Assembly: GCA_002790175.1 (NCBI GenBank)
Contig: PFUQ01000174.1
Span: 1-40,961, forward strand
DNA from: Flavobacteriales bacterium CG_4_9_14_3_um_filter_32_8
GTDB taxonomy: Bacteria; Bacteroidota; Bacteroidia; Flavobacteriales_E; Vicingaceae
Reading direction: 5' to 3'
DNA length: 40,961 nucleotides
This document shows, piece after piece, positions 34,631 to 40,961 of the stretch. The position numbers and the translations under genes are program-made. Each line of letters starts with the position of its first letter. Position 1 is the stretch's first letter. The notes beneath the pieces were generated by a model, which ran no database searches, was not told the origin of the DNA, and saw only the letters and a list, made by a program, of their open reading frames with translations.

Positions 34631-35441
34631 ACGAATTATTTGACAAATCTACTACTTTATGAGTTGCAACTGTTGCTGCAATCACAGAAATAATTGCTAC
34701 AAAACCAGCCAATGTTGTTCCACAAAAAGGAATTAATAAAAAGAAAGAGAATATCAATCCGTTGGCAATTACCATTCCTTTGTTGGCTCTCATAAATTGA
34801 ACACTTTGTTTTACAGTTAACCTTCTTCTTTCGTTGTTATAATCGATAAATGAAAAGCCATAAAAATAGGACGAAATAAAAAATAGCAATATAGAGCCTA
34901 TAATTCCTCCAATAAACGGTATAAATAATCCTAAAGCAAAAATGGTAATCATATAAAACAATTCTATCAATAAATTTCTAAGCGCCAATATTATTCCTCG
35001 AACAACATCACGCATCATTTGGTCTCCATTAAATTTGTATTTATTTCCTGTCAAAATTTCTTCCGTTTTTTCTGATAAAAATGCAAATACAGGAGAAAGA
35101 CAAATAATAACAATGTACCCACCAAAATAAGCAAACACAAAAAAGAAAATAAACTTCATTAATACCCAAACTATTCCACTTGCAATACCCGACAAATACG
35201 CCGAAAGTGGAGCGATGTACTCAGCACCATAAAACGAGTCCTTTTCTATCTTCAATAAATCTTGTAACCAATTTTCGATGTAATCGCTTAAAGAGCCTAT
35301 TCCCAACCAACCCAAAATTAAAAATAACACGTTTAAGAGTATTGGAAATATCATGTACCAAATTAACCCTTTGGTAAAAAGCAATTCTACTGCTTTACCA
35401 TAAGCACTAAACCCAACTCCAAAACCTTTAAAATTGCTCAT
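34608..35441 (-). CDS. EI24/CysZ-like integral membrane protein
   Basis: 277 aa, multi-pass. The N-terminal GFGVGFSAYGKAVELLFTKGLIWYMIFPILLN resembles the EI24 domain. The 3' end overlaps the mqnA start by 23 nt, suggesting an operon. Confidence 0.55.
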   Translation of the reverse strand: MSNFKGFGVGFSAYGKAVELLFTKGLIWYMIFPILLNVLFLILGWLGIGSLSDYIENWLQDLLKIEKDSFYGAEYIAPLSAYLSGIASGIVWVLMKFIFFFVFAYFGGYIVIICLSPVFAFLSEKTEEILTGNKYKFNGDQMMRDVVRGIILALRNLLIELFYMITIFALGLFIPFIGGIIGSILLFFISSYFYGFSFIDYNNERRRLTVKQSVQFMRANKGMVIANGLIFSFFLLIPFCGTTLAGFVAIISVIAATVATHKVVDLSNNSYAKKIEG

Positions 35442-35527
35442 AATTAATATTAATTTCTGTTTTCAAATATACTAAAGAAGAATATGCCATTAACTTTCTT
35501 CTTTATCTTTTATTCCCTATAAATTGA

Positions 35528-35535
35528 TATTTTTG
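35528..35535 (+). promoter_or_regulatory. TATTTTTG (-7 box) candidate purB promoter
   Basis: Exact TAnnTTTG 19 nt upstream of the ATG at 35555. Confidence 0.35.
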
Positions 35536-35554
35536 TAGCTTAATTTGATGAACC

Positions 35555-36907
35555 ATGGAATTAACAGAATTAACTGCAATATCACCCATCGATGGAAGAT
35601 ACCGAAAAGTTACTCAAAATTTAGATAATTATTTCTCTGAATATGCACTCATTCAATATCGAGTTCGGGTAGAAATAGAATATTTTATTGCTTTATGCGA
35701 ACTCCCTTTGCCTCAACTCAAAAATTTTGATTCTATTTTATACGATTCTATCCGAAATATCTACAAAAACTTTACGAGAGAAGATGCTTTGGCAATTAAA
35801 GAAATAGAAAAAACCACCAACCATGATGTGAAAGCTGTTGAGTATTTTATTAAAGATAAGTTTACAGCATTAGGCATTAATGAACAAAAAGAGTTTGTCC
35901 ATTTCGGATTAACCTCCCAAGACATTAATAATACTTCGATTCCTTTGTCCATTAAAGAAGCTTTAACTGATATTTATTATCCATTGTTAACTGATGTTTT
36001 ACATATTTTAAAAGAAAAAGCGATAGCTTGGGCAACCATACCCATGTTGGCAAAAACACATGGACAACCAGCATCACCAACAATTTTAGGAAAAGAATTG
36101 TATGTTTTTGTTGAAAGGGTTGAGAAACAATTAGCACAAGTAAAGAGTATTCCATTCTCTGCAAAATTTGGTGGAGCAACAGGTAACTTAAATGCACATC
36201 ATGTTGCTTATCCAAAAATTAATTGGGTTGAATTTGCCAATAGCTATGTTAATAATGGTTTAGGGTTAAACCGTTCTCAAACCACCACTCAAATAGAACA
36301 CTATGACAATTTAGCGGCTTTGTTTGATGGATTAAAGAGAATCAACACTATTTTAATTGATTTAGACAGAGACATTTGGGCTTATGTTTCGATGGAATAT
36401 TTTAAACAACAAATTAAAGTTGGCGAAATTGGTTCTTCTGCAATGCCACATAAAGTTAATCCCATCGATTTTGAAAACTCAGAAGGAAACTTAGGAATTG
36501 CTAATGCTATTTTTGAACATCTTTCAGCAAAACTCCCAATATCTCGTTTACAAAGAGATTTAACTGATTCTACGGTTTTAAGAAATGTGGGTGTGCCCAT
36601 TGGACATACGGTTTTAGCAATAACTTCTTTAGTAAAAGGGTTGAATAAATTAATTATTAATGAAGAAAAAATAAAAGCCGATTTAGCGAATAACTGGGCA
36701 GTTGTGGCTGAAGCAATTCAGACAATATTAAGAAGAGAAGGGTTTCCAAACCCTTATGAAGCTTTGAAAGAATTAACACGAACCAACGAAAAAATTACTT
36801 CGGCTTCAATCACAAAATTTATTGATGGATTAGATGTTAATGAAGCTATAAAAACAGAATTAAAACAAATCTCTCCTTTTAATTTTACTGGAGTTAAGTT
36901 GTTCTAA
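35555..36907 (+). CDS. purB: adenylosuccinate lyase
   Basis: 450 aa. LTAISPIDGRYR, FGLTSQDINN, GSSAMPHKVNPIDFEN (fumarate lyase signature) and LQRDLTDS. Confidence 0.95.
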   Translation: MELTELTAISPIDGRYRKVTQNLDNYFSEYALIQYRVRVEIEYFIALCELPLPQLKNFDSILYDSIRNIYKNFTREDALAIKEIEKTTNHDVKAVEYFIKDKFTALGINEQKEFVHFGLTSQDINNTSIPLSIKEALTDIYYPLLTDVLHILKEKAIAWATIPMLAKTHGQPASPTILGKELYVFVERVEKQLAQVKSIPFSAKFGGATGNLNAHHVAYPKINWVEFANSYVNNGLGLNRSQTTTQIEHYDNLAALFDGLKRINTILIDLDRDIWAYVSMEYFKQQIKVGEIGSSAMPHKVNPIDFENSEGNLGIANAIFEHLSAKLPISRLQRDLTDSTVLRNVGVPIGHTVLAITSLVKGLNKLIINEEKIKADLANNWAVVAEAIQTILRREGFPNPYEALKELTRTNEKITSASITKFIDGLDVNEAIKTELKQISPFNFTGVKLF

Positions 36908-38734
36908 ATGAAGAGTTTTGCCAAAATATTAAAATACGCAGGAGGATATAAACTATATGCTTTTATAAATATTTTTTGTAATATTTTATCTGTTGTTTTT
37001 GAGTTATTGTCAGTAATGCTTTTCATTCCTTTTTTGAATATACTTTTTAACCAAGAATCTGTACCAATAACCACTAAACCACATTTTTCTTTCACAAAAG
37101 ATTACATCGAAGCTTATTACAATTACTCGTTAGGTCAGATGGTAGCAGAAAACGATAAAGTTGCTGCACTGCTTTTTGTTTGTGTTTTGGTTGGTATCTT
37201 GTTCTTTCTTAAAAATGTGTTTAGGTATTTGGCTTTGTATTACATTTCTGTTCTTCGCACTGGAGTGGTGAGGGATTTGAGAAAAAAAATTCATCAAAAA
37301 ACATTGGTTTTACCACTTTCTTATTACTCCGAACAACGCAAAGGCGACATCATGTCACGAATGACTGCTGATGTTCAGGAAGTAGAATGGTCTATTTTGA
37401 ATTCATTAGAACTCATGTTTAGAGAGCCTATTGCTGTGATATTATCAGTAGTTGTATTAGTGGTAATGAATGCCCAATTAACATTATTTGCAATGATATT
37501 GCTTCCAGTAAGTGGTTTAATTATCGGACAACTAGGAAAAAGTTTAAAACGTTCTTCCACCAAAGTACAAGATATGATGGGTATGATTTTATCTAATATC
37601 GAAGAAACATTAGGAGGATTAAGAATAATAAAAGCTTTTAATGCTGAAGAACAAGTTGGTAAAAAGTTTGATGAAATTAACGATGCCCATACTCAACTAA
37701 CGCTAAAAATGGCTCGGAAAAGAGATTCTGCATCTCCATTGAGTGAGTTTTTAGGCACCACGGTTATGGTAACCTTAGCTTATTATGGCGGAAGTTTAGT
37801 CTTAGCTGGAGACTCTGATTTTTCGGGTGGTGAATTTTTTGGATACATTGTCGTTTTTGCACGATTATTAACTCCTGTTAAATCATTTTCTACTGCTTAT
37901 GCAATTGTTTTAAAAGGAGCTGCTTCGGCAGATCGAATAGAAGAAGTATTAAGTGCAAAAAATAACATTATTGATTCTTTAAATCCTAAAGAAATAAAGG
38001 AGTTTGCAAATGAAATTATCTATAAAGACGTGCAATTTTCTTATGAAAATACTCCTGTTTTAGACCATATCAACATCACCATAAAAAAAGGAAAAACCAT
38101 TGCTTTAGTGGGAGAATCTGGAGGTGGAAAATCTACTTTTGCTGATTTACTACCTCGTTTTTATGACTTAGAAAAAGGTGAAATTTTAATCGATGGAATC
38201 AACATTAAAGAATTAACGATAAAAAACTTAAGAAGTTTAATGGGAATTGTTACACAAGAATCCATTTTGTTTAATGATACCATTTTTAACAACATTGCTC
38301 TTGGTACCGAAAAAGCAACTAAAGAGCAAGTTATCGAAGCGGCAAAAATAGCCAATGCCCATCATTTTATCATGGATATGGAAAATGGGTATGAAACTAG
38401 TATTGGAGATAGAGGAAGTAAATTATCTGGCGGACAACGACAACGATTAAGCATTGCAAGAGCTGTGTTAAAAAATCCTCCTATCTTAATTTTAGACGAA
38501 GCCACTTCTGCTTTAGATACTGAATCAGAAAAATTAGTACAAGATGCGTTGCTTAAATTAATGGAAAACAGAACTTCCATTGTTATTGCTCATCGGTTAT
38601 CTACCATTCAACATGCTGACGAAATTTTGGTGATACAAAAAGGGAAAATTGTAGAGCGTGGTACACATAATGAATTACTCAAACTATCAGGTGTTTATAA
38701 AAAACTTTCTGATTTACAATCCTTTTCGAAGTAA
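36908..38734 (+). CDS. ABC exporter, fused permease/ATPase (MsbA-like)
   Basis: 608 aa with six N-terminal TM helices. Walker A GESGGGKST, signature LSGGQRQRLSIARA and Walker B ILILDEATSALD. The ATG immediately follows the purB stop. Confidence 0.92.
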   Translation: MKSFAKILKYAGGYKLYAFINIFCNILSVVFELLSVMLFIPFLNILFNQESVPITTKPHFSFTKDYIEAYYNYSLGQMVAENDKVAALLFVCVLVGILFFLKNVFRYLALYYISVLRTGVVRDLRKKIHQKTLVLPLSYYSEQRKGDIMSRMTADVQEVEWSILNSLELMFREPIAVILSVVVLVVMNAQLTLFAMILLPVSGLIIGQLGKSLKRSSTKVQDMMGMILSNIEETLGGLRIIKAFNAEEQVGKKFDEINDAHTQLTLKMARKRDSASPLSEFLGTTVMVTLAYYGGSLVLAGDSDFSGGEFFGYIVVFARLLTPVKSFSTAYAIVLKGAASADRIEEVLSAKNNIIDSLNPKEIKEFANEIIYKDVQFSYENTPVLDHINITIKKGKTIALVGESGGGKSTFADLLPRFYDLEKGEILIDGINIKELTIKNLRSLMGIVTQESILFNDTIFNNIALGTEKATKEQVIEAAKIANAHHFIMDMENGYETSIGDRGSKLSGGQRQRLSIARAVLKNPPILILDEATSALDTESEKLVQDALLKLMENRTSIVIAHRLSTIQHADEILVIQKGKIVERGTHNELLKLSGVYKKLSDLQSFSK

Positions 38735-38780
38735 ATTAATTTTTTTTCCTATCTTTAAAACTTGTAAACAAGAAATTACT

Positions 38781-39236
38781 ATGAAAAAATTACTAGCTTT
38801 AAGTTGCCTATTTTTTTTAATCTTATTAGTAAACTCATGCGGAAATGAAGATCCAATTGAGGAAGTAGTTGTAGAAAAAACTTTTGTAGATGATGGAAGT
38901 GGTGAAGTAACTGCTGCTGATACTAGTTCAACAGGCGTATATCAAGAAGAAGTTAATGAACATGAAAAAACTTCTTTACAAGATGCCATGAAACAAACCA
39001 ACTCCGAAGAAATGGTTGGAGAAAATGGAATATCCTTTTGCGATTGTATTAAAAAACAAAAAGAATTATCTGATTTAATGTTGGCAACTGAAGATGATGC
39101 AGTGTTTGATAAAGCTATGGCAGATTTAGAAGCTTTAAAAAATGGAGATTGTAAATTTGTATTTTCAGGTAAACAAAATACCATTGACGAGAAAAAGGCA
39201 CACGAAAGAAAGGTTAAAAATTGCTTAGGAAAGTAA
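38781..39236 (+). CDS. small acidic lipoprotein, function unknown
   Basis: The ATG at 38781 gives MKKLLALSCLFFLILLVNSCGNEDP (signal peptide plus a lipobox-like Cys). The longer ORF from 38658 would overlap the ABC gene. Confidence 0.6.
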   Translation: MKKLLALSCLFFLILLVNSCGNEDPIEEVVVEKTFVDDGSGEVTAADTSSTGVYQEEVNEHEKTSLQDAMKQTNSEEMVGENGISFCDCIKKQKELSDLMLATEDDAVFDKAMADLEALKNGDCKFVFSGKQNTIDEKKAHERKVKNCLGK

Positions 39237-39324
39237 GAATAAACTCTTTTTGAAAATAGTTTTGAAACACTTATCTTTTATCTACTCGTTTAAATAAGCT
39301 ATAGAGAATTTCTTTTTTTAAACA

Positions 39325-40961
39325 TCATGGTTTTTTAGCCCATTCATCCATCGAATTTTCAATAATATCTAGAGGCATACAACCATCTTTTAAAAATTCG
39401 TCATGAAAAGCCGCTAGGTTAAATTTACTACCCAATAATTTGCTGTATTTTTCTCTTAACTCCCAAATTTTTAAAGCTCCAGTTTTATAACTTAATGCTT
39501 GTGCGGGATAAACCATATAACGTTCTATCTCTGCTATTGCCCCTTCTTCACTAATGGACTCATTTTCCATCATATAGGCAATGGCTTCCTCTCTAGTCAT
39601 TTTACCAGTGTGCATTGCAACGTCAACAACAAGCCTTATCGCTCTTAGAATTTCATCACCTAATGCACCCATTTGTTGGTAAGGATCGGAGTACAATCCC
39701 AATTCTTTCCCTAAGCTTTCACAATACAAGGCATAACCTTCACCATAAGCTCCATACCACAAAAATCTTCGAAAAATAGGTAATGCTAAATTTTCTGATT
39801 GAATACTACTTTGATAATGATGACCAGGTATTGCCTCGTGTAAAAAGGTACTTTCCATACCACCAGTAACATTGTATTTCGTTGCCTCTACAATCGGAAT
39901 GTAATAAATGCCTGGACGAGAACCATCAGGTAACCCTGGATAATATTCCGCACTAGCACTTGCCGCACGAAAAGCTTCTGTTTGTCGTATCTCAAATTTA
40001 GTTTTTGGAGTAAGCGTAAACATTTTTTTAAGATTGGGTTCAATTTTAGTTTGAATATTTCTAGTGGCAGTCAATATTTCATCGGCTGTTTTAAAAGGCA
40101 TAAATTGTGTGTCTGTTTTCATAAAATTGAAAAATGAATTCAAATCACCTTTAAACCCAACCTGATTTTTTATTTCTTCCATTTCATTTCTAATGCGTTT
40201 TACTTCCGATAGTCCAGTTTGATAAATCTCTTCTGGTGTTTTATTTGTGGTAGTCCAGTATTCAACTAAATAAGTATATAATTTATCGCCATTAGGTAAT
40301 TCATTGATGCCTGTTGTGTTTCTCGCTTTTGGCAAATATTCCGATTCTAAAAAATTGCTCAATTTTTTATAAGTTGGTACCATGATGTTGTTAATCATAT
40401 CAATGTATGCAATCGTTAATCTTTTTTTATCTGCTTCTGGAAAGGTTTTAGGCATCAACTGTATTGGAGTGTAAAATAAGCTTTTGTTGGCATCAGTGGT
40501 AATGATGTCATTCATTTGAGGAATCATTTTTAGGACAACAGCCTTTGGAAGCACATAATTAATTGCTATTCCTTTTTTAAAATAAACGATTGCACTATCT
40601 GCCCAAGCCGAAAAAGCAGTTGCTCGTTGCAACCAATCATCATAATCCTTAACGGTTTTAAAAGGTTGGTTGCCAGTGCCCGATCCCATTTGTCCCATAG
40701 CGATGGGAACTCCATTAAACTGGTCAAAAGGCATATAGGTAATGTCATTTTTATCCGGACTTCCTAAAAAATTTACTTGTAAACCTTTTAGTGCCATATC
40801 CATTTGATACTTAAAGATGTTATAACTCTTTTTATCATTATTCTCTAATGTGGTCGGATTAAATGTATTGATGGAATCATTATAACGAGAAAAAAAATCT
40901 TTGAGCTTTGCACGGTAACTATCGGTGAAGTCGGCAGGCAATAAGTTGTTGTAACGGATAT
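39325..40961 (-). CDS. DUF885 family protein (partial; N-terminus beyond the window end)
   Basis: The open frame runs to the window edge. FLHEAIPGHHYQ and the YGEGYALYCE...DPYQQMGAL...RAIRLVVDVAMHT pattern are typical of DUF885. Confidence 0.85.
   Translation of the reverse strand, partial: IRYNNLLPADFTDSYRAKLKDFFSRYNDSINTFNPTTLENNDKKSYNIFKYQMDMALKGLQVNFLGSPDKNDITYMPFDQFNGVPIAMGQMGSGTGNQPFKTVKDYDDWLQRATAFSAWADSAIVYFKKGIAINYVLPKAVVLKMIPQMNDIITTDANKSLFYTPIQLMPKTFPEADKKRLTIAYIDMINNIMVPTYKKLSNFLESEYLPKARNTTGINELPNGDKLYTYLVEYWTTTNKTPEEIYQTGLSEVKRIRNEMEEIKNQVGFKGDLNSFFNFMKTDTQFMPFKTADEILTATRNIQTKIEPNLKKMFTLTPKTKFEIRQTEAFRAASASAEYYPGLPDGSRPGIYYIPIVEATKYNVTGGMESTFLHEAIPGHHYQSSIQSENLALPIFRRFLWYGAYGEGYALYCESLGKELGLYSDPYQQMGALGDEILRAIRLVVDVAMHTGKMTREEAIAYMMENESISEEGAIAEIERYMVYPAQALSYKTGALKIWELREKYSKLLGSKFNLAAFHDEFLKDGCMPLDIIENSMDEWAKKP

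Noticed and set aside
38658-38780. N-terminal extension of the small lipoprotein ORF (192-aa version)
   Set aside because: It would overlap the last 77 nt of the ABC transporter gene, and it encodes a non-signal-like peptide. The ATG at 38781 gives a textbook signal peptide/lipobox, so the shorter 151-aa version is preferred.
8716-40748. Remaining 60-133-aa track ORFs nested in or antisense to recognised genes (e.g. 8716-8919, 11327-11605, 13497-13706, 14025-14222, 17603-17809, 21141-21326, 21983-22174, 22976-23188, 25166-25414, 26130-26531, 28191-28461, 30081-30296, 35180-35377, 35761-36215, 36382-36600, 36904-37095, 37375-37563, 38161-38580, 38942-39184, 40566-40748)
   Set aside because: Each overlaps a confidently identified gene on the other strand or frame, and none has a recognisable motif, signal peptide or independent promoter or terminator.
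1-40961. CRISPR arrays, restriction-modification, toxin-antitoxin or other defence systems, prophage or transposon genes
   Set aside because: I looked for regularly spaced repeats, nuclease/helicase/methylase motifs, small paired ORFs, integrases and transposases. None were found, and the only repeats are the short intergenic ones described.

Overview
AT-rich Bacteroidota (Flavobacteriia/Cytophagia-like) chromosomal window. This assignment rests on T9SS C-terminal sorting domains, TAnnTTTG promoter boxes, a GENNYAMAA tmRNA tag and A-Q signal-peptide cleavage sites. There are about 30 genes. Most are housekeeping: pdhB, membrane pyrophosphatase, deoxynucleoside kinase, M42 peptidase, ribD, mqnA, purB, an MsbA-like ABC exporter and a DUF885 protein. 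Cell-envelope genes are interspersed: three T9SS cargo proteins (one an 1809-aa SBBP/Ig-repeat adhesin), a porin-like OM beta-barrel and a TPR/TolB-like protein. There is one ssrA (tmRNA) gene. I saw no rRNA, tRNA, CRISPR, transposase, integrase or recognisable defence genes. Main leads: (1) A compact minus-strand operon (1731-7376, directly downstream of ssrA) encodes a PapD-like two-domain periplasmic protein, two paralogous secreted subunit-like proteins and a 1023-aa outer-membrane protein with usher-like architecture. I read it as a candidate chaperone-usher-type surface-fibre system, a pathway not normally associated with this phylum. (2) An 87-bp imperfect palindromic element sits in frame (29 codons) inside ribD. 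It is related to intergenic GTCATTG...CAATGAC elements in the same window and is analogous to Rickettsia palindromic elements. (3) The membrane pyrophosphatase is fused to a C-terminal YceI-like domain. (4) G-quadruplex-capable GGGGAC(W)/purine-rich tracts and GC-rich palindromes occupy several intergenic gaps. All family calls come from reading the translations by eye; no searches were run.
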